Source: Nitrospira sp.
GTDB lineage: Bacteria > Nitrospirota > Nitrospiria > Nitrospirales > Nitrospiraceae
Direction of reading: 5' to 3'
Length of the DNA stretch: 64,000 bases
NCBI GenBank assembly: GCA_047150005.1
Contig: AP038806.1
Span: 2,816,001 to 2,880,000 of the forward strand
The notes below the pieces were generated by a model that saw only the letters and a program-made list of their open reading frames with translations, did not search any database and was not told the origin of the DNA. Of this stretch, positions 1-9,361 are shown piece by piece; within the stretch, counting starts at the first letter, position 1; each line of letters opens with the position of its first letter. Position numbers and translations under genes: made by a program.

Positions 1-534
1 GATTTGATTCTCGGTCAACGCGGACGACAGAAGTCCCACACCGAGAAACAACGCGCCGAGCAACGCCAGGCCGAGATAGCCGGTCAGCACGGGATACCAA
101 TCGAAATCGCTGAACAGCGACAGGGTCAGCGGGATGAGGCCCGTCCATGCGAGCAATCCCAAGAAAACCAAGAAAACGCTCATGAACTTGCCGGCGACGA
201 TCTCGTTCAATCCGACCGGCGAGGTCATCAGGAACTCAAAGGTTCGAAGCTTTCGCTCCTCCGCGAAGAGCCGCATGGTGAGGATCGGCAGAATGATGAG
301 GAGGACGAATCGGACGCTTGCAAAGAGGTTGCGGAAGACGAGGTCGTTGAGGTTGATCTGGGCCTGGCCGCCTTGGATCTGCATCAGCTGGATCGCCTGG
401 GCGCCTGCGAACACGATGTACAGATAGGCCAGCAATCCAACGATGAGCAGGAACACCGCCCCGACGACGTAGACGACCGGGGAAACAAAATAGGAGCGCA
501 GTTCTTTGGCGACGATGGCGCCGACCGGTGTCAT
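1..534 (-). CDS. ABC-2 type transporter permease (GldF-like), truncated by the window edge
   Basis: Hand translation from ATG at 534: MTPVGAIVAKELRSYFVSPVVYVVGAVFLL...LTMRLFAEERKLRTFEFLMTSPV...; multiple TM segments; ATGA overlap with the upstream ATPase stop. Confidence 0.85.
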   Translation of the reverse strand, partial: MTPVGAIVAKELRSYFVSPVVYVVGAVFLLIVGLLAYLYIVFAGAQAIQLMQIQGGQAQINLNDLVFRNLFASVRFVLLIILPILTMRLFAEERKLRTFEFLMTSPVGLNEIVAGKFMSVFLVFLGLLAWTGLIPLTLSLFSDFDWYPVLTGYLGLALLGALFLGVGLLSSALTENQI

Positions 535-1520
535 GGTGAGGTCTCCGCGCTTCCCATGGGGTCGAGTTCGGATTCCTGTTCCGGCTGGCCCATCCCTTCC
601 TCGTGCCGGGTGAGACGGAGAAAGACGTCTTCCAGCGTCATGGAGATCGGTTTGAGTTCGACCAGACCCCAGCCGTTGCTGACTGCCAGACGGCCGACGT
701 CTTCGCGAATGTCCTGACCCAATCCGGACTCCAGCAGGAAGCTGCCGGCTGCGCCGTCGGCGAACACATGCTGCACACCGGGAATCTGCTTGAACCGGGC
801 TTCGGCATCCGCCGGCGGACGCTTGAGGATTACCGAGATTTTTTCCGAGTTGCGCAAGCGGGCCGAGAGTTGATCGGGAGTGTCTTCGGCAACGATACGT
901 CCGCCGCTGATAATCACCACGCGCTGGCAGACGGCGGTGGCTTCTGGAAGGATATGTGTGCTGAGAATCACCGAATGCGACCCTGCCAGACTTCTGATCA
1001 ATTCACGAATTTCGATGATCTGTTTCGGGTCGAGCCCGACGGTCGGCTCGTCGAGTATCAAGACGGGAGGATCATGAAGCAGGGCCTGAGCCAGTCCCAC
1101 ACGCTGGCGATAGCCACGAGAAAGATTGCCGATCAATCGTTGCTGGACCGACCCCAGTCCCAACCGTTCAACTTCGCGAGCGATGGCCGCGGTCAGCGTA
1201 TCGCTCTTCAAGCCGCGAAGCTGCCCGACGAATCGAAGGTACTCGTGGACCGTCAATTCTTGATAGAGCGGCGGCGTCTCCGGCAGATAACCGATCCGTC
1301 GCTTCACGTCCAACGGTTGGTCAAGGCAGTCGTATCCTGCGACCCGCGCCGATCCTTCCGTGGCTGGAAGGAAGCAGGTGAGAATTCGCATGGTCGTCGT
1401 CTTGCCGGCCCCGTTCGGGCCAAGAAAGGCCAGCACCTCTCCTTTGGCGACGGAGAAGGTCACGCGATCGATGGCGGTGTGCTGTCCGTATCGCTTGGTA
1501 ACTTGCTGAACGTCAATCAT
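531..1520 (-). CDS. ABC transporter ATP-binding protein (GldA/DrrA-like exporter ATPase)
   Basis: Walker [10 protein letters not shown], signature LSRGYRQR, Walker B ILDEPT, H-loop STH. Confidence 0.93.
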   Translation of the reverse strand: MIDVQQVTKRYGQHTAIDRVTFSVAKGEVLAFLGPNGAGKTTTMRILTCFLPATEGSARVAGYDCLDQPLDVKRRIGYLPETPPLYQELTVHEYLRFVGQLRGLKSDTLTAAIAREVERLGLGSVQQRLIGNLSRGYRQRVGLAQALLHDPPVLILDEPTVGLDPKQIIEIRELIRSLAGSHSVILSTHILPEATAVCQRVVIISGGRIVAEDTPDQLSARLRNSEKISVILKRPPADAEARFKQIPGVQHVFADGAAGSFLLESGLGQDIREDVGRLAVSNGWGLVELKPISMTLEDVFLRLTRHEEGMGQPEQESELDPMGSAETSP

Positions 1521-1757
1521 CTGTCGTCGCTGGTGTGCCGGCGGCTGAACGGATGTCGTCGAGGACTATACAGGCGGGCTGCTCATCGCTGTCCGGTCCA
1601 TTGGAGACAGGGCATCTTACTCACTCGATGAAGGGCAGTCAATATCGGTGGTGCGGGAGGCGAAAGGATCGGCGCAGGAAGCTGATCGCCAATCGGCAAC
1701 TTTACAGGCGCCGAGCATCCTGTTAGAGTCCAGCACACTTCGAACGGCTCCCGGCTA

Positions 1758-2114
1758 ATGAGAGACAGAATCGTCACGCCGACTCGGCGTTGGTTTTCGA
1801 TAGCGGTGGTGGCGATCGCGATCGGGTTGCTGTCCGTCCCCGCCAGTGAGGCCGCTCAAGGACGGACGTACAAGGTACAAGGGATTGTAATCGGAGTGAC
1901 CTCGAATCAGTCGCCGCAACTGATCGTGGTCAATACCCCGATCACACCCAAGAATTTTATGACTGTCGGCGCCACTGTCACGGCTCAGACCAAGATTCTA
2001 CGGGGGCAGAAAAAGGTCCCTCTCCATAATATACGGGTGGGCGAGAGCGTTTGGCTCACGTATGTCAAAAGTCCTGAAGGCCTGCTCGCGCAAACAATTC
2101 AAGCCAAAGGCTGA
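1758..2114 (+). CDS. Small exported hypothetical protein, beta-rich (possibly OB-fold-like)
   Basis: Signal peptide ending ASEA; beta-strand pattern VTAQTKILRG...IRVGESVWLTY. Confidence 0.7.
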   Translation: MRDRIVTPTRRWFSIAVVAIAIGLLSVPASEAAQGRTYKVQGIVIGVTSNQSPQLIVVNTPITPKNFMTVGATVTAQTKILRGQKKVPLHNIRVGESVWLTYVKSPEGLLAQTIQAKG

Positions 2115-2333
2115 TGTCCTTCTGAGCCGGACCAATAAGGCGATCGGGTTGCATTTTCGACGACGGAGAGTCTTGGTCACATCCCCGTGCATGTGATGAC
2201 ATGTGATTGATTCCGTGCTCCAGCCGAAGGTAGGGGCGGGGGCTACGCTGTCGGTATTGTTGAACAGCAGCTCCGGCTTTAGGTTGAACCGGTGAGAGTC
2301 AAGCCGTCGGTTCAACAGGATAGAGGTGACGAC

Positions 2334-2969
2334 ATGACCGTTCATGCAATGACATCACCGTATACCGCCGCTCTGGGCGTCGTCCTCGGCACCTGGTGCC
2401 TCATGGGCGGTTGTTCCTGGATTCCGAAGGGTGATTCCCAATTCGACGTCGGTATTAAGGATCGCGGGACAGCCTCCTGGTATGGCGAACCCTTCCATGG
2501 GAAGCAGGCTGCCGATGGGACGATCTATGATATGGAAGGGTTGACTGCCGCTCACCGCACGATGCCGCTGGGGAGCATGGTCCGTGTGGTCAACCTGGTC
2601 AACGGCAAGTACATTTATGTTCGGATCACGGATCGTGGTCCTTATGTGAACGGTCGCATCCTCGATCTTTCTCACGCCGCGGCAGTACGTCTAGGTATGA
2701 AAAAGGGGGGGCTATCGCTGGTCCAGGTTGAAATCGTCGGAGAGCGTCGGCCGGATGCGCTCCTGTCCGCTGACGCCGCCAAGGCGCTATCGCTTGCCAG
2801 GATTGTGAGAGCCGACTCGACGACGCAGCCGGAGGGCGTTGCGCTGGGGGCTCCCCACCGGCCACGTCCCGGCGATCTGTGGACCAGGCGAAGAGATCTG
2901 CGGGTTCCGGCGACACTGGCGGCAGACCATACGGCGCATGTCGAACTTGCCGCGCTCGTTCTTGACTAA
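2334..2969 (+). CDS. rlpA: Septal ring lytic transglycosylase RlpA family lipoprotein
   Basis: GTASWYG, TAAHRTMPLGS, VRITDRGPY, RILDLS DPBB motifs; lipobox-like MGGC; SD GAGGT before ATG 2334. Confidence 0.88.
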   Translation: MTVHAMTSPYTAALGVVLGTWCLMGGCSWIPKGDSQFDVGIKDRGTASWYGEPFHGKQAADGTIYDMEGLTAAHRTMPLGSMVRVVNLVNGKYIYVRITDRGPYVNGRILDLSHAAAVRLGMKKGGLSLVQVEIVGERRPDALLSADAAKALSLARIVRADSTTQPEGVALGAPHRPRPGDLWTRRRDLRVPATLAADHTAHVELAALVLD

Positions 2970-2995
2970 CCTTTTCCCTGCCTCCTGCGCTCCCG

Positions 2996-3025
2996 TTGAC
3001 AGCGCATAAAGCGGTCCACTAGACT
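2996..3025 (+). promoter_or_regulatory. Putative sigma70 promoter
   Basis: TTGACA (2996-3001), 18 nt, TAGACT (3020-3025) upstream of the 3127 gene. Confidence 0.55.
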
Positions 3026-3126
3026 GCGGACCATGCGGGTCGGTACGGGATCCTGGGGGGCTGCGGGTGCCCGTGCTCGATTTCATAAAAAAGAAATGAA
3101 GACTTGACGGAAGGCGGAGGTTGGCA

Positions 3127-3342
3127 ATGGCGAAAAAGGGGTCCGAGTCGGACGAGGCGCGGCTCAAGAAGAAGGTGGCCGCAAAGTTGATTGGCCACAA
3201 GAATCCCGAGGGTGATGCGGCGATCCGTGCGCTTCGGAAGCGACTGAAGCGAGAGCAGCGGAAACGGCGCGCGTTGGCTCTAAGAAAAAAACATGCGGGA
3301 GCGAATAAGCCGGCTGCCGAGGGGGCTCCGGCGGCAGGATAG
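3127..3342 (+). CDS. Small highly basic hypothetical protein
   Basis: GGAGG SD then ATG 3127; Lys/Arg-rich helical 71-aa product. Confidence 0.75.
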   Translation: MAKKGSESDEARLKKKVAAKLIGHKNPEGDAAIRALRKRLKREQRKRRALALRKKHAGANKPAAEGAPAAG

Positions 3343-3374
3343 CTGGCGTTCAGCTGCCGCTAAGGAAGCGATTT

Positions 3375-4193
3375 ATGGAACAATCGGAAGCACACGAACA
3401 AGATCAACACAACGAGGCCGGTCCTGAAACCACGTCCGACGAACTCACCGATCATGTGGCGGCCGAGCTGACTGGGGAGGCTCCGGCGGCCGAAACCACC
3501 GACGTGCAGCCAGAGGCTGCGCTGCTTGAAGAAGAGAAACCGAAGGACGAGATCGATATCCAAATCGACCTGCTCAAGGATTCTGATTGGGTCGTACGGC
3601 GCGAAGCGGCCATCACCCTCGGGGAAATGGCGGATGAACGATGCGTGGAACCGTTGTGCCAGGCGCTGCGGGACGGAGACTGGCAGGTCCGGGAGGTCGC
3701 CGTCGACGGCCTCGGTCATATCGGTTCTCCTGCCGTAGAAATGCTGCTCAAGCTGCTTCGTGATTGGGACGTTCGAAAGTACGCGATTGCCGCGCTGGGC
3801 AAGATCCGCGATGAGCGAGTGCTCGATCCCCTCATGCTTCAACTGCGGAACGACGAATTCAAGGACGATGCGACCAATGCCCTGGTCGAGCTGGGCGCTC
3901 CGGCCCTGGCCCGTCTGGTCGTCGCGCTGAAGGACAAGGACGAGTTGGTTAGAAAGCAAGCGGTGCTGGCCCTCGGTCGCATCAAGCATACCGACGCCAT
4001 CGATCCACTGATTGAAATGTTGGCCGACAAGGACTGGTTCACCCGCCTGACCGCAGCCGCCGCCTTGGAAGCGATCGGAGACGATCGCGGACGCGAGGCC
4101 ATCAAGCCATTGACGAAAGATTCGGATATGGTGGTGCGGATGCGGGTCGAGCGAATTCTGGTGAAGTGGAAGAAGCAGCCGGCCAACGCCTGA
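3375..4193 (+). CDS. HEAT-repeat (PBS lyase-like) protein
   Basis: Repeated D.DW.VRR.A...LG units ([47 protein letters not shown]); acidic N-terminal tail. Confidence 0.9.
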   Translation: MEQSEAHEQDQHNEAGPETTSDELTDHVAAELTGEAPAAETTDVQPEAALLEEEKPKDEIDIQIDLLKDSDWVVRREAAITLGEMADERCVEPLCQALRDGDWQVREVAVDGLGHIGSPAVEMLLKLLRDWDVRKYAIAALGKIRDERVLDPLMLQLRNDEFKDDATNALVELGAPALARLVVALKDKDELVRKQAVLALGRIKHTDAIDPLIEMLADKDWFTRLTAAAALEAIGDDRGREAIKPLTKDSDMVVRMRVERILVKWKKQPANA

Positions 4194-4232
4194 GCAGTTT
4201 CCCGCCCGAAGTCGCGCGCACGGCGCAGCCGT

Positions 4233-4688
4233 CTATTTGTCGAGCTGCCGGTCGATTTCCTTCTGAACTTCGTTGAGTTTCTTCATCGGAACCGGCTTTC
4301 CCATCGACAATTCCAGTCGCAATTCCTGCAACGTGCCGATAACGGCCCGCACGGCCTGAGTCGAAGCGTCTTGTCGCGCCCCCTTGATGGCGGTTTCCAG
4401 GCCGGCCACGCCGTCCGCCAGCTGTTTTGCCGCTTCCCCGAAGTTCTTATCCAGTACGTCGGAACGGGTTTGGACGATTTTTGATTTCGTCTCGAGCAGG
4501 GCCTGTCGCCTGCGGAGATCCTGTTCGATTCCCATCGTGGTATCGATGACGTTGCGGGACATGTCCTTGAGCGATTGACGCAGGTCTCCCACCGTATCTT
4601 GGAGTGTTCCCACCGGTCGTTGGCCGAAATAGAACCCCAGCGCGAACGATGCCACAATCAGGACGAGCACCCCGATGAATTTCCACAT
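4233..4688 (-). CDS. Hypothetical membrane-anchored coiled-coil protein
   Basis: N-terminal TM helix then helical pattern; SD GAAAGGA; 2 nt downstream of the HEAT gene. Confidence 0.78.
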   Translation of the reverse strand: MWKFIGVLVLIVASFALGFYFGQRPVGTLQDTVGDLRQSLKDMSRNVIDTTMGIEQDLRRRQALLETKSKIVQTRSDVLDKNFGEAAKQLADGVAGLETAIKGARQDASTQAVRAVIGTLQELRLELSMGKPVPMKKLNEVQKEIDRQLDK

Positions 4689-4690
4689 GC

Positions 4691-6064
4691 CTATCCTTTC
4701 CGTCCCTTCGATGCCGTGGACTTGCTGTGCCGGTCGATTTGTTGCATCAGGCTGCCGGCCGCGGTGATACGGACCGCCGAGTCCGAATCGTGCAGGCCTT
4801 TTTTCAAGAGCGCAAAGGGAGGAGGGTTCGTCTTGCCCAACGCTTTCGCGGCGAATAACCTCGGCTGAGGTTGCTGGTCCTGCAACAGCGCCTGAAGGAT
4901 GGTGATGCCTTGCTTGTCGGTGGCCATTCCGAGCGCCTGTGCCGTGGCGGCGCGAACGGACGGGTCCGGGTGACGAGCCAGATCCGTGGCAATCAGGACG
5001 GCCGATGCATCACCCAATCGGAGAAGCCCTTCCACGGCGCTGGCGCGCACCTGCATGGAGGCATCGCGCGTCAATTGGAGCAACAGCGGACGTGTGTCAC
5101 GGATGCCGAGACGGCCCAAACTGACGGCAGCCACACCCCTGACCCGTGCGTGCTCGTCACCGATCGCATGCGTGAGCGGCGCAACCGCTCCGGGCTGACC
5201 GAACTCGCCCAAGGCACCGGCGGCAAACGCACGAACCGACGGCTCAGGATCGTAGACGCCTTGGCTGAGCACCGCGAGGCTCGACGGCCGCTTCAGTTTT
5301 CCGAGCACACCCAACGCGGCCATGCGGGTTTCCGGGTCCGGAAGTGTGGCGGCTCCCGTGATATCGCGCAACATGTCCTGTTTGCCCAGCCGATAGAGCG
5401 CTGCATAGGCGAACACGCCTTCGGGCCCGTCTTCGGTTCGCGCCACCTCGATCAGACGAGGCACGATGTCGCCGACGCCCCCTTCACTCAGCACGTTCAT
5501 GGCCGCGATGCGCACTGGCGGCAGGTCGTCCCGCAGCGCGCGTCGTAGCGCATCCGACTTCGAGGCGAGCCCGGCATGACCGAGACCTTCGACGGCGCGG
5601 GCCCGCACCAATGGAGAGGGGTCCAGCAAGCCGTCCTCCAGAATGGATCGGGTCTCGACAAGCCCCAACTCCGCCAGAGCCGTGTAGGCGGCAATCCTGA
5701 CGTATTCTTTGGGATCCCGGACGTGAGTGGTCAACGTGCTCAGGGCCAGCGAACGCAAGAGCGGGTACTCATCCGGTTGATCGCCGGGGGCCAATCGGTC
5801 GTAAAGCGCCACGGCCTCCTCGGTATGACCCAGTTTCAGATGGCTTTGAAGCGTCACGCGAAGGAAAACCTTCGATGGGGGGATGTCCGAAGCCCGTGAA
5901 TTCCACAATTTCAGAACTTTGTCGTATTCCGCATCGCGATAGGCCTGCATCGCTTCCTGTTCCCGGCCGGTTTCCGACGTGGCAGCAGTTGCGCCGGAGG
6001 CAGGGCCGGCGGCAAGCAGAAGCGCCGCGAACAGCACCGCGGGGAGCGAGAGGCGGGTTACCAT
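4691..6064 (-). CDS. Exported HEAT-repeat protein
   Basis: Likely start MVTRLSLPAVLFAALLLAAGPASG (signal peptide); about 10 HEAT units (DPSPLVRARAVEGLG, DPEPSVRAFAAGALG, DEHARVRGVAAVSLG). Confidence 0.87.
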   Translation of the reverse strand: MVTRLSLPAVLFAALLLAAGPASGATAATSETGREQEAMQAYRDAEYDKVLKLWNSRASDIPPSKVFLRVTLQSHLKLGHTEEAVALYDRLAPGDQPDEYPLLRSLALSTLTTHVRDPKEYVRIAAYTALAELGLVETRSILEDGLLDPSPLVRARAVEGLGHAGLASKSDALRRALRDDLPPVRIAAMNVLSEGGVGDIVPRLIEVARTEDGPEGVFAYAALYRLGKQDMLRDITGAATLPDPETRMAALGVLGKLKRPSSLAVLSQGVYDPEPSVRAFAAGALGEFGQPGAVAPLTHAIGDEHARVRGVAAVSLGRLGIRDTRPLLLQLTRDASMQVRASAVEGLLRLGDASAVLIATDLARHPDPSVRAATAQALGMATDKQGITILQALLQDQQPQPRLFAAKALGKTNPPPFALLKKGLHDSDSAVRITAAGSLMQQIDRHSKSTASKGRKG

Positions 6065-6110
6065 ACGGCGGGCAGCAGGATTTCTCGGGATGGGAGCAGA
6101 GGAAACGCTC

Positions 6111-8267
6111 TTACCATATCGTCGGGGTTCTGGCCATCGCCGGCGTATACAGCATCTCCACATAGTCTTTTACCATCCGCTTGGTGCAGAAGACCGGTGC
6201 CACCGTTCTGATACTTTCCTTGACCAGTTGGAGCCATCCGCGAGGGATGCCATCGATGTCGCGCTGATAATAGAGTGGAACGACTTCCTGCTCCAGCAGC
6301 CGATAGAGCTGTTCGGCGTCGTGACGGTCCTGAGCCTCGACGTCGCCGTCCCCCAGCGGTTGAATGCCCCAGCCGTTCGCCCCGTTATACCCTTCTTGCC
6401 ACCACCCATCGAGCACACTAAAATGCAACGCTCCGTTGAGCGCTGCCTTCATGCCGCTTGTGCCGCTGGCTTCCATTGGAAAGCGCGGAGTGTTCAGCCA
6501 GATGTCCACGCCCTGTACGAGGTACTTGGCCATGTGCATCTCATAGTCTTCCAGGAAGGCCACCTGACCTCCAAACTTGTGGTCCTGGCAATAGCTCATG
6601 ACCTCGTGAATGAAATAGCGCCCCGGTTCGTCGGCCGGATGAGCTTTGCCGGCGAAGATCAGCTGGACGGGCCGCCATTGGTCGTGGAGAAGGCGTTTCA
6701 AACGTTCAAGGTCGGCAAACAGCAATGTGGCCCGTTTGTACGTGGCGAACCGTCGCGCAAAGCCGATCGTGAGCGCCTCTGGGTCGAGCAACGTGCCTCG
6801 GGCCAGCACCTGCGAGGGGTGGAGCTGTCCCTGCATCCAGCCGGAGCGGACCCGCCCTCGGATGAAGCGCATGAGTTTGCGCTTCATCGTCTGGCGAACG
6901 ACCCAGAGTTCATGATCGGGAATATCGACGACCCGCTGCCACATGGCCGGATCGTCGCAGCTCTCGGCCCACATCGGGCTGAGGGATTTGCTGTACAGCC
7001 TGTGAAGATCCGGAGAAATCCAGGTCGGCGCGTGGATGCCGTTGGTGATGCTCCGGATCGGCACCTGTTCAACGGGGAGCCCGGGCCAAAAATGTTGCCA
7101 CATCTGGCGACTCACCCGTCCGTGCTCGCGACTGACTCCGTTGAGATGTGCCGACAACCGCATCGCAAGCGCGGTCATGTTGAACCCCCGCCCCCGAGAT
7201 TCCGGCGTTTCCCCAAGACCGAGGAATTCCTCACGCGAGAGACCGATCTGATCCCAAAAGCCTGCAAAGTACTTCTCCATCAGGTGATGTGGAAACACGT
7301 CATGACCTGCGGGCACAGGCGTGTGGGTCGTGAACACGGTGCTCTGCCGGACGATCTCACTCGCCTCGGCGTGAGATGTGCCTGCTTGCACGAGTTCCCG
7401 CAGTCGCTCCAAGGTGAGAAAGGCGGAGTGCCCTTCGTTGGCATGCCAGACCGAGGGAACAATGCCCAGGTTGCGCAGAACGCGAACGCCTCCGATGCCG
7501 AGTAGGATTTCCTGGCATAACCGCATCTCCTGGTCGCCTCCGTACAATCGAGCGGACAGGGCGCGGTTCTCAGGCGTGTTCTCGTGCACGTCCGTGTCGA
7601 TCAGGTACAGCGGGACCCGACCGACCTGCACCTTCCAGACGACTGCGGCGACGGTCCGACCGCCTATCTCCACCGCAATCCGACAAGGTTCCCCTGATGG
7701 GGTCAGCGCCGAGTGGATGGGAGACTCCTCGCGATTGAACGCCGCGTAGGCGGCTTCCTGCCAGCCTTCCGTCGTGATGCGTTGGCGGAAGTACCCCTGG
7801 GGATACATGAAGCCGATGCCGACCAGCGGCACACCGAGATCGCTCGCCTCCTTGCAGTGGTCGCCGGCCAGAATGCCCAGGCCGCCGCTGTAAATGGGGA
7901 TCGAGGTGTGGAGGCCGAACTCCGCGGAGAAATACGCGATGGTTTCCTTGAGCGAAGCGGCATGCTGTGTGCTGAACCAGCTACGCCCGTTGGCCCGGTA
8001 CTGATCGAACAGTTTGATCACCGCGGAGTACTGCCGGAGATAGGACGGATCTTCCGCCAGGCGCGCCAGCCGCTCCGGTTTCACGTCCGCGAGCAGCTTG
8101 ACGGGATTGTGCTGGGTCAGAAACCACAGCGTGGGATCAATCGTTTCGAACAGCTGTCGCGCCTCCAACGTCCAACTCCACCACAAATTCTGGGAGAGCT
8201 CCTCGAGGCGGGCCAAGCTGAGGGGCAGGCCGACACGTGCATTCTGAGGGATGTTCGTAGTCTCCAC
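6111..8267 (-). CDS. glgP: Alpha-glucan (glycogen/maltodextrin) phosphorylase
   Basis: YSGGLGILAGD, NEGH, FTTHTP, ARRFATYKR, GKAHP, PLP-site EASGTSGMKA. Confidence 0.95.
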   Translation of the reverse strand: METTNIPQNARVGLPLSLARLEELSQNLWWSWTLEARQLFETIDPTLWFLTQHNPVKLLADVKPERLARLAEDPSYLRQYSAVIKLFDQYRANGRSWFSTQHAASLKETIAYFSAEFGLHTSIPIYSGGLGILAGDHCKEASDLGVPLVGIGFMYPQGYFRQRITTEGWQEAAYAAFNREESPIHSALTPSGEPCRIAVEIGGRTVAAVVWKVQVGRVPLYLIDTDVHENTPENRALSARLYGGDQEMRLCQEILLGIGGVRVLRNLGIVPSVWHANEGHSAFLTLERLRELVQAGTSHAEASEIVRQSTVFTTHTPVPAGHDVFPHHLMEKYFAGFWDQIGLSREEFLGLGETPESRGRGFNMTALAMRLSAHLNGVSREHGRVSRQMWQHFWPGLPVEQVPIRSITNGIHAPTWISPDLHRLYSKSLSPMWAESCDDPAMWQRVVDIPDHELWVVRQTMKRKLMRFIRGRVRSGWMQGQLHPSQVLARGTLLDPEALTIGFARRFATYKRATLLFADLERLKRLLHDQWRPVQLIFAGKAHPADEPGRYFIHEVMSYCQDHKFGGQVAFLEDYEMHMAKYLVQGVDIWLNTPRFPMEASGTSGMKAALNGALHFSVLDGWWQEGYNGANGWGIQPLGDGDVEAQDRHDAEQLYRLLEQEVVPLYYQRDIDGIPRGWLQLVKESIRTVAPVFCTKRMVKDYVEMLYTPAMARTPTIW

Positions 8268-8338
8268 TGCGACTCCTTATGAATGTGAGGCCAAGGCGGT
8301 CGTGAGGGGGATAGCGGAGCACCCCGCGCCGAGTGGGG

Positions 8339-9181
8339 TCAGGCGTGGCCGGCCTTGTGCCAGGAGGTCCACTCGTCCGAGAATGCCACGGATGCGTAGC
8401 GTTCGCCAAGAATTTTTGCAACTCGATTCATCAGCTTGGTCAACTGCTGCACTTCTTCCTGGGTCAGATCCTGGCGGAAGCGTGGATGCAGTCCCCAGCG
8501 GGTTTCCACTTCCTCGCCGGTGACGGTGGACATGACGCTGATGAGCTTGATTTCGTTCCCGGTGGGATTCCTCGATACAGACGCCGCGTCCGTCTGGATC
8601 GCCGAGGCTGACGCCGGCTGCGCGGCGACACCGGCCGTCGGAGGAGCATCTCCTTGCAGGATGGCGGTGATCGCCGGGACAGCCGCACTGGCACAGAGCG
8701 TGGCGGCCGACGTAATCTGTGGATGACCGCTTACGCCGAGCGCCTCCGCCACTCGCCCTCCGAAGACATCGAACATCTCGTTCTTGGCCTTGCTGTCCTC
8801 CGTGATGGAAAAGCGATATCGCTCATAGAGTTGACGGCTTTCCGCCACGGTGCCTCCGATCGTCATCATGATCTCCGACTGGTCCACGTTGGAGCCGAAC
8901 GCCGGTTCCAAGACCGTCTTGAGCTGGGTGGTCACCGCGTCCTCCAACCCGTTCATGAATTCCGGCTGATCCTTGATCGGAATATGGAAGGCCGAAATCC
9001 TGTCCGTCAGGTTGAACATGACTTTGAGGAACTCGAGATAGAGGCCCCACTCGTCCTGACGCTTGAGTTTCAGCGCCTGGTCGGGCGCATTCTTTTTCAT
9101 GACGGTGACTGATTCGCCCGCGACGGCAAGCATCAATTCGGCGAGCGACCGTTGCTGGGCTCCGTATGGCGTCTTTCCCAT
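8339..9181 (-). CDS. Hypothetical protein
   Basis: 280-aa ORF with normal composition, co-oriented upstream of glgP; no recognised motif. Confidence 0.75.
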   Translation of the reverse strand: MGKTPYGAQQRSLAELMLAVAGESVTVMKKNAPDQALKLKRQDEWGLYLEFLKVMFNLTDRISAFHIPIKDQPEFMNGLEDAVTTQLKTVLEPAFGSNVDQSEIMMTIGGTVAESRQLYERYRFSITEDSKAKNEMFDVFGGRVAEALGVSGHPQITSAATLCASAAVPAITAILQGDAPPTAGVAAQPASASAIQTDAASVSRNPTGNEIKLISVMSTVTGEEVETRWGLHPRFRQDLTQEEVQQLTKLMNRVAKILGERYASVAFSDEWTSWHKAGHA

Positions 9182-9361
9182 AGAGAAAATAGTATCGTCG
9201 GCCGGTTAAGGTTCAGCTGTCGTCAGAAAGCGCATTATAGCCGAGAGTTCCCTCCGGACTCCAGGGGGCTCCTGCCGAGAGCCGTTTGTGAGGGATCCCA
9301 CCCGCGTTGAAACGGTCTCGACCATAATGTTATACAGCGCAGATATTCCGTACTCTCTTTC

